Source: Acidimicrobiaceae bacterium
GTDB taxonomy: Bacteria; Actinomycetota; Acidimicrobiia; Acidimicrobiales; Bog-793
Assembly: GCA_027365385.1 (NCBI GenBank)
Contig: DAHXNN010000136.1
Coordinates: forward strand, 1 to 41,413
Direction of reading: 5' to 3'
Length of the DNA: 41,413 nucleotides
The notes under the pieces were generated by a model. The model was not told where the DNA came from. It made no database searches and saw only the letters and a program-made list of their open reading frames with translations. This document shows, one piece after another, positions 1-8,452 of the stretch. Numbering within the stretch: position 1 is the first letter of the stretch; every line of letters begins with the position of its first letter. Both the position numbers and the translations under genes were made by a program.

Positions 1-1443
1 GGGTCGACTCGCCGTCCCGGTGCTCGCGCCACCGAGGACGCGACGTTGCGCCACCTTGTCGGCGCTGGCACGGAGGCGGTGTGCATCGTCGCCAAGGCGT
101 CGGACCTCCATGTGACCGATGCCTTGCGTACGAGCCTCGACGAGGCAGTAGCGATGGTCTCGGACTCGGTCGGCTTCCTCCGCTCTCGAGGGTTGCGGGT
201 CTTTCTCGACGCCGAGCACTTCTTCGACGGCTACCTTCGCGATCCGTCGTTCGCACTCAGGGTGCTCGATGCGGCCGAGGTCGCAGGTGCGGAAGCGCTC
301 GTGCTGTGCGACACCAACGGTGGGCGGCTCCCGCACGAGGTCGAGCAGGTCCTCGCCGAGGTACGTGCAGCGACGTCGGCGACCCTCGGGGTCCACTTCC
401 ACAATGACAGCGGCTGCGCGGTCGCGAACACCTTGACGGCGGTCAGGTACGGAGCGACCCAGGTGCAGGGCTGCATCAACGGCTACGGCGAGCGTGCGGG
501 CAACGCGGACCTCTCGGCTGCGATCCCGGACCTGACGCTCAAGATGGGCGTCGAGACGATCCCGCGGGAGCGCCTCGAGCTGGTGACGCCCGTCGCGCGC
601 CACATCGCCGAGCTCGTCAACGTCAACCTCGACGCCCAGCGCCCTTACGTCGGCGCTGCCGCATTCGCGCACAAGGCTGGCTTGCATACGAGCGCTATCG
701 CACGCCGGTCGGACGCCTACGAGCACGTACGTCCCGATGCCGTGGGCAATGGCACCCGCTTCGTCGTGAGCGAGCTGGCGGGCCGGTCGACCCTCGCCCT
801 GAAGGCGGCGGAGCTCGGCATCGAGCTCGACTCGGCGGCGCTCGGCAGCGTCCTCGACGCGCTGAAGACGCTCGAGCACGCTGGCTACCACTTCGAAGTC
901 GCGGACGGCTCGCTGGAGCTGCTCATGCGGGCCGCAGCGGGTGGCCTCCAGGCGGCGCTCGACGGTTTCTTCACCGTCGAGTCGTACCGTGTGACCACGG
1001 ACTGGAGGGCGGCGCCCGCGCTCGATCCGGAGGTCGCGGTCCACGAGCGTCTCGTGCACCCCTGGGCTGGGGAGGGCGAGCTCGTCACCGAGGCGACGGT
1101 GAAGGTCCGGATCGCTACAGAGCGCGTCGTCGCGACCGCCGAGGGCAACGGCCCGGTGAACGCGCTCGACGCGGCACTTCGCCAGGCGATCGGACCACGC
1201 TTCCCCGAGCTGTCGTCGATGCATCTCGCCGACTACAGGGTGAGGGTGCTCGACACGGCGAAAGGGACGGCGGCAGTCACGCGTGTCCTGCTCGACACGG
1301 CCGACTCCGACGGCGGATGGTCGACGATCGGCGTGTCGGAGAACGTCATCGAGGCGTCGTGGCACGCGCTCGTCGATTCGGTCGTGTACGGCCTGCTCCG
1401 GGCTTCGGCTGCGACGACTAACGTGCCGGAGGAGGCCCCATGA
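1..1443 (+). CDS. cimA: Citramalate synthase (LeuA/CimA family, DRE-TIM), 5'-truncated by the window edge
   Basis: Frame open from base 1 (GSTRRPG...). Motifs DAEHFFDGY, LCDTNGG, HFHND, NGYGERAGNA, AFAHKAG(L)H and C-terminal regulatory domain EGNGPVNALD...WSTIGVSENVIEASW. Confidence 0.88.
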   Translation, partial: GSTRRPGARATEDATLRHLVGAGTEAVCIVAKASDLHVTDALRTSLDEAVAMVSDSVGFLRSRGLRVFLDAEHFFDGYLRDPSFALRVLDAAEVAGAEALVLCDTNGGRLPHEVEQVLAEVRAATSATLGVHFHNDSGCAVANTLTAVRYGATQVQGCINGYGERAGNADLSAAIPDLTLKMGVETIPRERLELVTPVARHIAELVNVNLDAQRPYVGAAAFAHKAGLHTSAIARRSDAYEHVRPDAVGNGTRFVVSELAGRSTLALKAAELGIELDSAALGSVLDALKTLEHAGYHFEVADGSLELLMRAAAGGLQAALDGFFTVESYRVTTDWRAAPALDPEVAVHERLVHPWAGEGELVTEATVKVRIATERVVATAEGNGPVNALDAALRQAIGPRFPELSSMHLADYRVRVLDTAKGTAAVTRVLLDTADSDGGWSTIGVSENVIEASWHALVDSVVYGLLRASAATTNVPEEAP

Positions 1444-1946
1444 CCCAGCCCAGCTTCGCTCCTATCGCGCTCGAGGACGAGGTACGCCCGTCGTACCGCC
1501 TCGAGCCGCCCGCCCCGTGGCGGGCGAGCCGCCCCGCCGACCTGCCTCCCGGAGTCCGAGCCGGGGTGGTCGGAGGCGGAGTGCCAGGCCCGGACCAGGG
1601 CTATGCCCTGCACCTCGCCTCCCGCTTCCGGGACCGGCTCGTGCTCCTGCCGGGCGAGCACGCCGAGGACGTGATCGCGGGCGCGTTGACCTTGGCGCTC
1701 CGACGGGCGGCGCTCTACGGCAGGGCCCCCGTCGCGAGCGATCTCGAGCTGGCTCTCACTGTCTTCGGCTACCTTGGCGACGCTCCCGGGGACCTCGTCG
1801 AGCATCGGCGCTCGCTGTTCGCAGGGGCCGCGCACGACTACTCGCGTCAGAGGGCTTTGTCGGAGGCGCTCCCCGACGAGACGCTCCGCTCGAACCCAGC
1901 TGCCGTGCGGTCCACCGACTGGCGACGTCTCGTCGAGCTGACCTAG
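1440..1946 (+). CDS. Hypothetical protein, translationally coupled to cimA
   Basis: ATGA overlap with the cimA stop; 168 aa protein-like composition (PGPDQGYALHLA...ALRRAALYGRAPV). Confidence 0.7.
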   Translation: MTQPSFAPIALEDEVRPSYRLEPPAPWRASRPADLPPGVRAGVVGGGVPGPDQGYALHLASRFRDRLVLLPGEHAEDVIAGALTLALRRAALYGRAPVASDLELALTVFGYLGDAPGDLVEHRRSLFAGAAHDYSRQRALSEALPDETLRSNPAAVRSTDWRRLVELT

Positions 1947-2128
1947 CGCACGCCGCCGCCATCTGCCGCGCGCACGCGTGCTATCGGTGGAGCGCGGTCG
2001 TCCGAGCCGCCGACCAGCACGTCCGCGGTGCGCCGTTGTCGTAGTCTGGTTGGCGACACGCCGGACGGCGCGCCGCGGAACGCGCAGGTCGCGGCGGTCG
2101 AGCCCGGGTGGTTGCCGAGGAGGCCGAC

Positions 2129-2473
2129 ATGGGCTTGATGGACAAGATGAAGGCTCAGGCGACGCAGATCGCCGAGAAGGCGCAGGAGGCCGGCAAGGTC
2201 GGCCAGGCCAAGCTCGAGGCCGTCCAGGCGCGCCGAAAGGCGGACTCGCTCCTCTCCGAGCTCGGAGCCATCGCTTTCGAGTCGCGGACGGGCCGTGGCG
2301 CGCCAGGGGACGAGAGACGGGCCGAGCTTCTCGTCGAGCAGCTCCGGCAGTACGAGGCAGAGTACGGATCCCTCGACGGCCATGGGGACGGCGAGGGATC
2401 CGTGGCAGGTACCGCGCCAGTCGGGGCGGACGACGACATGCCGCGTTCGACCCACGAGGGCGGCGGGCTCTGA
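2129..2473 (+). CDS. Small helical hypothetical protein (MGLMDKMKAQATQIAEKAQ...)
   Basis: GAGGAGG RBS at 2117-2123 before ATG 2129; amphipathic/coiled-coil N-terminus. Confidence 0.75.
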   Translation: MGLMDKMKAQATQIAEKAQEAGKVGQAKLEAVQARRKADSLLSELGAIAFESRTGRGAPGDERRAELLVEQLRQYEAEYGSLDGHGDGEGSVAGTAPVGADDDMPRSTHEGGGL

Positions 2474-2506
2474 CCCGGCGCCGGGTGGTCGCCGCGTGAG
2501 CGCGCG

Positions 2507-2532
2507 CCATCCGGTGCGCCCGCCGCGCCGAA
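2507..2532 (+). promoter_or_regulatory. SigK-type ECF promoter (CCATCC-N15-CCGAA)
   Basis: CCATCC at 2507-2512, 15-nt spacer, CCGAA at 2528-2532, 11 nt upstream of the sigK-like ATG; matches the mycobacterial SigK consensus as I recall it. Confidence 0.65.
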
Positions 2533-2543
2533 CAACCGACGAG

Positions 2544-2965
2544 ATGCGGCCCGACCTCGAGAACGCCAGCGACGCGAACCTCGTGATGGCGATCGTGCGC
2601 CAGCACGAGGACGCGATCGCCGAGGTCTACCGGCGCCATGCTGGGGCGGTCTTCGGCCTCGCGAAGCGGGTCCTCTAGGATGCTGCTCTCGCCGATAGGA
2701 GGTGGTCCAGGAGGTCTTCCTGAGGCTGTGGAGCGCTCCGGAGCGCTTCGACCCCGAGCGGGGCTCGCTCCGGTCGTTCCTGCTCGCGCAGACCTACTGT
2801 CGCGCCGTCGTCGCGGCGCAACCGAGTGGCCAGGCCTATTGGATCACGACGGGCGCGTTGCAACCGCTACGCGCCGACCAGACCTATCAGCTGTGGGCGG
2901 AGGTCCACGGTCGGATCGTCTCGATCGGGCTGCTCGGGCGCGCGCCGACCGACGTCCCGTCGTGA
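2544..2965 (+). pseudogene. SigK-like ECF sigma factor pseudogene fused by deletion to an RskA-like anti-sigma C-terminal fragment
   Basis: Region-2 sequence DAIAEVYRRHAGAVFGLAKRVL is followed by in-frame TAG (2676-2678) and a frameshift near 2697-2702, then VQEVFLRLW..PERFDPERGSLRSFLL. Region 4 is absent; the frame instead continues LQPLRADQTYQLWA..GRIVSIGLLG, typical of RskA C-termini. Confidence 0.75.
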
Positions 2966-3038
2966 CGAGCGGGCACGTCTCCGAAGGACCGGTCGCCGAC
3001 GCGTGCGGGCGGCGCCGCGGAGATGGGAAGATCGCGAC

Positions 3039-4049
3039 GTGCTGAGAGTCCTGCCTGACCCCGCGCCATCCGTCACGGAGCGGCAGTCGCTCCCCGACGG
3101 TCCGGCGGACGTCGATACCGAGTCGCTCGAGGTGGCGACCGTCCGTGAGCGCACCTCCGTCGTCAGCCAGGTCGTCACCCTCGTCGCCGTCGTCGTCCCC
3201 GCAGCGGGCATCCTCTCCGCGGCCGGGCTGCTCTGGGGGGTCGCGTTCCGGCCGCTCGATCTCGTGCTCGGTCTCGTGCTCTACGTGCTCACCGGTCTCG
3301 GGATAACGGTCGGTTACCACCGCTACTTCACCCACCGCTCCTTCGAGGCGGTCGGTGCCGTGAAGGTCGCGCTCGCGGTGCTCGGCGCCATGACGCTGCA
3401 AGGACCGGTGACCCAGTGGGTCACCGACCATCGCAAGCACCACGCCCGTTCCGACAACGAGGGCGACCCGCACTCACCTCATCTCGCGGGCGACGGCGTC
3501 GTCGGGGCAGTGAAGGGGCTTTGGCACGCGCACGTCGGCTGGATGTTCACGACCAAAGGGATGGAGCGGGGAGCAGCGTACGGTCGCGACCTCTTCGAGG
3601 ACCGCACGATCCGGCTCATCGACCGCCTGTACCTCGTCTGGGTGGCGCTCTCCGTCGGGGTGCCGTTCCTCGTCGGCTATGCGGTCACCGGCAGCGTCGA
3701 CCGTGGCGTCGAGGCGATGGTCTGGGCCGGCCTCGTACGGATCTTCGCGTTCGAGCACGCGACGTTCGCGGTCAACTCGATCTGCCATACCTTCGGGCGG
3801 CGGACCTACGATGCGCGTGACCAGAGCAGGAACAACTGGTTCGTCGCACTTCTCACCTTCGGCGAAGGCTGGCACAACAACCACCATGCGTTCCCGCGCT
3901 CGGCGCGCCACGGTCTCGCGCTCGCACAGGTGGACGTGTCGTGGATGGTCATCCGCCTGCTCGAGCGCTGCCATCTCGCCCGGAACGTCAAGCTGCCGAC
4001 CGCGGCACAGATCTCCCGGGTGCCACGTGTCGGGGTGGCGAGCGCCTGA
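3039..4049 (+). CDS. Acyl-CoA/acyl-lipid (delta-9-type) fatty acid desaturase
   Basis: His boxes GYHRYFTH, DHRKHH, GEGWHNNHH; DPHSP and VNSICH motifs; hydrophobic segments. Start approximate (GTG 3039). Confidence 0.92.
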   Translation: MLRVLPDPAPSVTERQSLPDGPADVDTESLEVATVRERTSVVSQVVTLVAVVVPAAGILSAAGLLWGVAFRPLDLVLGLVLYVLTGLGITVGYHRYFTHRSFEAVGAVKVALAVLGAMTLQGPVTQWVTDHRKHHARSDNEGDPHSPHLAGDGVVGAVKGLWHAHVGWMFTTKGMERGAAYGRDLFEDRTIRLIDRLYLVWVALSVGVPFLVGYAVTGSVDRGVEAMVWAGLVRIFAFEHATFAVNSICHTFGRRTYDARDQSRNNWFVALLTFGEGWHNNHHAFPRSARHGLALAQVDVSWMVIRLLERCHLARNVKLPTAAQISRVPRVGVASA

Positions 4050-4107
4050 AAGGCCGAGGCCCCCGGCCGCGGGTGCCTGACAGGCTCTGCGGGCCGGGCG
4101 GCCGGTA

Positions 4108-5382
4108 TCAGCCGGCGGGGCGCGAGAGGCCGGCGGCACGCCAGCCAGGCTTGGCGAAGAAGCACTGCACGTCGCCGATCCTGCGCTCGGCGAACGCGGC
4201 CTCGCAGTAGCACAGGTAGAACTCGAACAGCCGTCGAGTCGTCACGTCGACCCCGAGCTCGCCGATCTCGCCTTCGTGTGCGACGAACGCATCGCGCCAG
4301 CGGTGCAACGTCTCGGTGTAGTGGTGCCCGATCTCGTCGAGGGCGACGAGGCGCAGGTCGGTCGTGCGAGCGACCGCGTCGACGATCGTAGCGACGGACG
4401 GGATGCACGAGCCCGGGAACACGTACCGCTTGACGAAGTCCTCGGTGTGCTTCGCGCGCTCGTAGAGCTGGTCGGCGATGACGATCGCTTGGAGGGCCAT
4501 CGTCCCGCTCGGAGCGAGGAGCTCCGAGCAGGTCCGGAAGTAGCGGTCGTATTGGTGCCAGTCGAGCGCCTCGACCATCTCGATCGACACGAGGTGGTCG
4601 TAGGTTCCCCGCAGGTCGCGGTAGTCGTCGCGCAGCACGGTCACGAGGTCGTCGAGGCCCGCCTCCTTGACCCTTGTCGTCGCGAGCTCGTACTGGCTCT
4701 CCGAGATCGTCGTCGTCGTCACCTTGCAGCCGTAGTGGCGCGCTGCGTGCATGGCGAAGCTTCCCCAGCCAGTGCCGATCTCGACGACGTGGTCCGCCGG
4801 CGACAAGGAGAGCTTGCGACAGATGCGGTCCAGCTTCTCGACCTGCGCGTCGTGGAGGGTCGTGGAGGGGCTCGTGAAGATACCGGCGGAGTAGGTCATC
4901 GACTCGTCGAGGAAAAGGGCGAACATCTCGTTTCCGAGGTCGTAGTGCGCTCGCGCGTTCCGCCGGTCCACCTCCAGGTTGCCCGGGCGGTCGTCGGAGC
5001 GCGTGAGGACGCGGTGGACCGGAGCGCGGAGGCGCTGACCGAGTGCGCTCGCACGCTCGATCGAGTCGAGGTTGCGGATCACGACCCGAAGGAACAGCGC
5101 CAGCTCGTCGAGGGAAGGGCAGGTCCACCAGCCGGAGAACCACGCCCGACCGAGACCGGCGCTCCCCTCCGTGGCCACGACGCGCCATGCCCGCGGCGAC
5201 GTCACGACGACCTCCGCGACTGGCTCGCCTGGCGCCGGCCGGCCGCAGAGATGGCGCTTGTCGCCCTCGCGGACGATGACCGCCCCATCTCGCACCCTGC
5301 CGAGCAGGCCGAGCACGAGTGCACGCGCGGCGAGATCTCGCGCTCCGGCTCGCCCGCGGGACGCCCGGCGCAGCGTCCTCAT
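4108..5382 (-). CDS. Cyclopropane-fatty-acyl-phospholipid synthase family SAM methyltransferase (Cfa/UfaA1/UfaM-like)
   Basis: HYDLGNE.F..FLDESMTYS, EIGTGWG SAM motif, DYRDL.G.YD..VSIEM.EA, YVFPG, HY.ETL.RW, YLCYCEAAF.ER. ATG at 5382. Confidence 0.92.
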   Translation of the reverse strand: MRTLRRASRGRAGARDLAARALVLGLLGRVRDGAVIVREGDKRHLCGRPAPGEPVAEVVVTSPRAWRVVATEGSAGLGRAWFSGWWTCPSLDELALFLRVVIRNLDSIERASALGQRLRAPVHRVLTRSDDRPGNLEVDRRNARAHYDLGNEMFALFLDESMTYSAGIFTSPSTTLHDAQVEKLDRICRKLSLSPADHVVEIGTGWGSFAMHAARHYGCKVTTTTISESQYELATTRVKEAGLDDLVTVLRDDYRDLRGTYDHLVSIEMVEALDWHQYDRYFRTCSELLAPSGTMALQAIVIADQLYERAKHTEDFVKRYVFPGSCIPSVATIVDAVARTTDLRLVALDEIGHHYTETLHRWRDAFVAHEGEIGELGVDVTTRRLFEFYLCYCEAAFAERRIGDVQCFFAKPGWRAAGLSRPAG

Positions 5383-5585
5383 GCCGTTCGGCCCGGTGCC
5401 GGTCGCGCGCCCGGCGTCTCGTTCGGCCGAGGGCTTCCGGTCCCGACTACGACGACACCGGTCGGTCGCCTCGCCGCCGCCTCCACGAGGTCGATGCACG
5501 CCATGGTGATCCTGCAGGCGGACGCGTGCGATGCCGGGCCGAGCCGGCGGTGGTGCACCGTGCCTTCGTGGAGACCGCTGCTCAT
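5379..5585 (-). pseudogene. Truncated DUF1365 (UfaO/Rv0448c-like) gene remnant
   Basis: MSSGLHEGTVHHRRLGPASH...ITMACIDL resembles the DUF1365 N-terminus (Y.G.V.H.R..P..H.F.Y...M..lDL). Only 68 aa, and its stop overlaps the cfa-like start (ATGA). Confidence 0.65.
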
Positions 5586-5661
5586 CTGCGTCCCGCGCTC
5601 GTCCCGTCGCTGACCGTTCCGGGCCGACCGTGTGGTCGGACCCCTGTCGCGACGGTAGCTC

Positions 5662-5745
5662 TCAGAGCGGGGCACCGAGCGCGCTCGCGCTCGTCTCGGC
5701 ACCGGGCAGCCCGTCGTCCTCGTGGACCGCTGCAACGGTCAGCCC
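5662..5745 (-). pseudogene. Possible C-terminal relic of a COG2907 FAD oxidoreductase (UfaD/Rv0449c-like)
   Basis: HEDDGLPGAETSASALGAPL* resembles the family C-terminus (FHEDG..S...A..LG...*) at the expected position upstream of DUF1365; the preceding GAYW/GF motif is not recognisable. Confidence 0.3.
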
Positions 5746-5800
5746 GAGCGCGACGCCCGGGCGCACGCGTCCGCGGGTGAGGGCTCGCAGCGCCCGCAGG

Positions 5801-6529
5801 TCAGGGCGAGGGCGCTTCAGCTCCCGGCAGAGGCAGGCGCAGCGTCTCGCCCGGCGCGTAACGGGTCCTCGTCCCGTCGCGCCCGAGGTGCCAGACACCT
5901 TGGCGGCCGGCGACCGACCAGTCCTCGATCCCGCCGACGAGCGCGGTCTCCTCGTCGATGCCGAGCACGGACACGGTGGCCGGCGACGTCGCCAGAAGAC
6001 CTTTCGCAAGCTCGGGGGCCCAGCCGTCGAACTTGTCGAAGTGCGGGATCGCCGCGACGTGGGGAACGACGCCGAGCCCGAGCCCGGAGAAGCGGCCCGG
6101 CCGGCGGAAGTCGTCGGCGACAGCGCTCAGCGCGCAGGCGCCGGCGGAGCAGCCAGCGACGGCGCTACCGTTCTTCCAGGCCTCGAGGACTGCCCGCCAT
6201 ACGGCGGTCGAGCGGAGCGTGTCGGCGAGGTAGCCGGGGTTTCCCCCGGACAGATAGACGAGGCCCGCACCTGCGACGAGCTCGGCTAGATCCGCGCGCT
6301 CGGCCCCAGCCCGATCGAGGACGGCGAGTGGTACCGGCTCGACGCCGAGCGACGCGAAGTGCCGGGTGCCGAGGTCCAGCCAGTAGCGGACGCGCTCTTC
6401 ACCCTCCTCCGCGGCTGCCGTCGGGAGGAACACGGCGCGGCGCGGTCGCCCGGCGAGCAGGGCCTCGTCGACCTCACGCATCACCTCGAGGAACTCGCCA
6501 CTGCCGACGAGAGCGACAGGCCCGTGCAT
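5801..6529 (-). CDS. Peptidase S51 / cyanophycinase-like (type 1 glutamine amidotransferase-like) protein
   Basis: ALVGSGEF, LPTAA, YLSGGNP, GCSAGA nucleophile elbow, PHFD, GIDEETAL. ATG 6529 with TAGCCT 7 nt upstream. Confidence 0.85.
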   Translation of the reverse strand: MHGPVALVGSGEFLEVMREVDEALLAGRPRRAVFLPTAAAEEGEERVRYWLDLGTRHFASLGVEPVPLAVLDRAGAERADLAELVAGAGLVYLSGGNPGYLADTLRSTAVWRAVLEAWKNGSAVAGCSAGACALSAVADDFRRPGRFSGLGLGVVPHVAAIPHFDKFDGWAPELAKGLLATSPATVSVLGIDEETALVGGIEDWSVAGRQGVWHLGRDGTRTRYAPGETLRLPLPGAEAPSP

Positions 6530-6771
6530 CCCCGGCAGGCTACCGGCTGCGGGTGGCGCTCCCATGTGGTCTCCGGGGGGTGCCGGTCCGCTCCCGCACC
6601 CCGCTGCGGTGCCCGACCCGCGGCCGATGGTCGGCGGTCGTCGCCGGCGGGCGCCGGGGCGGCTCGTCGTGCGGAGAGGCTCGCGGATCCGCGCGATGAT
6701 GGAGTGCCCCGGTGACCGTTCGGCGGCGATGCCACGCGGCAACGCCCGAGCGGTACGACCGCCTCCCGACC

Positions 6772-8373
6772 TTGCTCACCGCCACCGACCTCGAGATTGC
6801 CGCGGGCGGCCGCGTCCTGTTGTCGGGCGCGTCGTTCCAGGTGGCGCCCGGCGACCGGGTCGGTCTCGTCGGGCGCAACGGGGCTGGCAAGACCACCCTG
6901 ACCCGCGTGCTCGCAGGCGAGGCGCTCCCGGCGGCCGGCACGTTGCGGCGCTCGGGAGAGATCGCCTACCTCCCCCAGGATCCACGCACCGGCGACCTCG
7001 AGGTCCTCGCACGTGACCGCATCCTGTCGGCTCGCGGGCTCGACGTCGTCGCTCGAGACCTCGCCGATGCCGCAGCGAAGATGGGGACAGCGGACGACTC
7101 CGCGCGGGAGTCCTCGATGCGGCGCTACGCGGCGCTCGAGGAGCGCTTCGTCGCTCTCGGTGGCTGGGCCGCCGAAGCCGAGGCCGCAGCGATCTCCTCC
7201 AGCCTCGGCCTGCCCGATCGCGTGCTCGAGCAGGCGCTCGGGACGCTCTCGGGCGGCCAGCGCCGGCGGGTCGAGCTCGCACGGGTGCTGTTCTCCGGCG
7301 CCCAGGCTCTCTTGCTCGACGAGCCGACGAACCACCTCGACGCAGACTCGGTCACCTGGCTCCGCAACTACCTACGCGGCTACTCAGGCGGGCTCGTCGT
7401 GATCAGCCACGACACGGACCTGCTCGAGGCCACTGTCAACCGTGTGCTGCATCTCGACGCGACCCGGCAGGTCATCGACGTCTACAACATGGGCTGGCGC
7501 GCCTACCGCGAGCAGGTCGCGAGCGACGAGCGGCGACGCCAGCGTGAGCGAGCGAACGCGGAGCGCAAGATCGTGACGCTGCGCTCGCAGGCGGACAGGA
7601 TGCGCGCGACGGCGACGAAGGCACGTGCGGCCCACCAGCTCGATCGCCGTGCGGCCCGCATCGCGGGTGGCTTGCCGGAGACGAGGAGCCAGGACAAGGT
7701 CGCGAAGCTTCGCTTCCCGGATCCCGCGCCGTGCGGTCGGACGCCTCTCACCGCAACGGGCCTTTCGAAGGGCTACGGCTCGCTCGAGGTCTTCTCCGGC
7801 GTGGACCTCGCGATCGACCGCGGGAGCAGGGTCGTCGTGCTCGGCCTCAACGGCGCCGGCAAGACGACCCTGCTCCGAGTGCTCGCCGGCGTCGAGATCC
7901 CGGACGCGGGCGAGGTCGTCCCTGGCCATGGCCTGCGCCTCGGCTACTACGCGCAGGAGCACGAGACGCTCGACGCGCATGCCGGGGTGTTCGACAACGT
8001 ACGGCGTAACGCGCCTTCCTCGCTGACCGACGTAGAGCTGCGCCGGATCCTCGGTGCCTTCCTGTTCGGTGGCGACCGTGTCGACCAGCCCGCAGGAACC
8101 CTCTCCGGCGGCGAGAAGACGCGCCTCGCTCTCGCCGCGCTCGTCGTGTCGTCGGCGAACGTGCTCCTTCTCGACGAGCCGACGAACAACCTCGACCCGG
8201 CGAGCCGTGCTGAGGTGCTCGGCGCGCTGCGAAGCTACGCCGGAGCGATCGTGCTCGTTACCCACGACCAGGGTGCCGTCGAGGCGCTCCAGCCCGAACG
8301 GGTGCTGCTCATGCCCGACGGGGTCGAGGACCACTGGAGCGACGAGCTTGGCGACCTCGTCGCCCTCGCGTAG
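6772..8373 (+). CDS. ABC-F family ATPase (tandem ABC domains, no TM segments)
   Basis: Two Walker A motifs (GRNGAGKTT, GLNGAGKTT), signatures LSGGQ and LSGGE, LLLDEPTNHLD and LLLDEPTNNLD, interdomain helical linker. Start approximate (TTG). Confidence 0.93.
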   Translation: MLTATDLEIAAGGRVLLSGASFQVAPGDRVGLVGRNGAGKTTLTRVLAGEALPAAGTLRRSGEIAYLPQDPRTGDLEVLARDRILSARGLDVVARDLADAAAKMGTADDSARESSMRRYAALEERFVALGGWAAEAEAAAISSSLGLPDRVLEQALGTLSGGQRRRVELARVLFSGAQALLLDEPTNHLDADSVTWLRNYLRGYSGGLVVISHDTDLLEATVNRVLHLDATRQVIDVYNMGWRAYREQVASDERRRQRERANAERKIVTLRSQADRMRATATKARAAHQLDRRAARIAGGLPETRSQDKVAKLRFPDPAPCGRTPLTATGLSKGYGSLEVFSGVDLAIDRGSRVVVLGLNGAGKTTLLRVLAGVEIPDAGEVVPGHGLRLGYYAQEHETLDAHAGVFDNVRRNAPSSLTDVELRRILGAFLFGGDRVDQPAGTLSGGEKTRLALAALVVSSANVLLLDEPTNNLDPASRAEVLGALRSYAGAIVLVTHDQGAVEALQPERVLLMPDGVEDHWSDELGDLVALA

Positions 8374-8452
8374 CTCCTCGTGCCGGTCTCGTCTGCGCCC
8401 ACCGTCACCCGCGAGGCCGAATCGGCCGCGACCTGCGGTAGCGTCCCGCGTC

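Noticed and set aside
2676-2678. TAG in the sigK-like gene as programmed readthrough or recoding
   Set aside because: An adjacent frameshift and the loss of region 4 point to decay; TAG is a normal stop elsewhere in the window.
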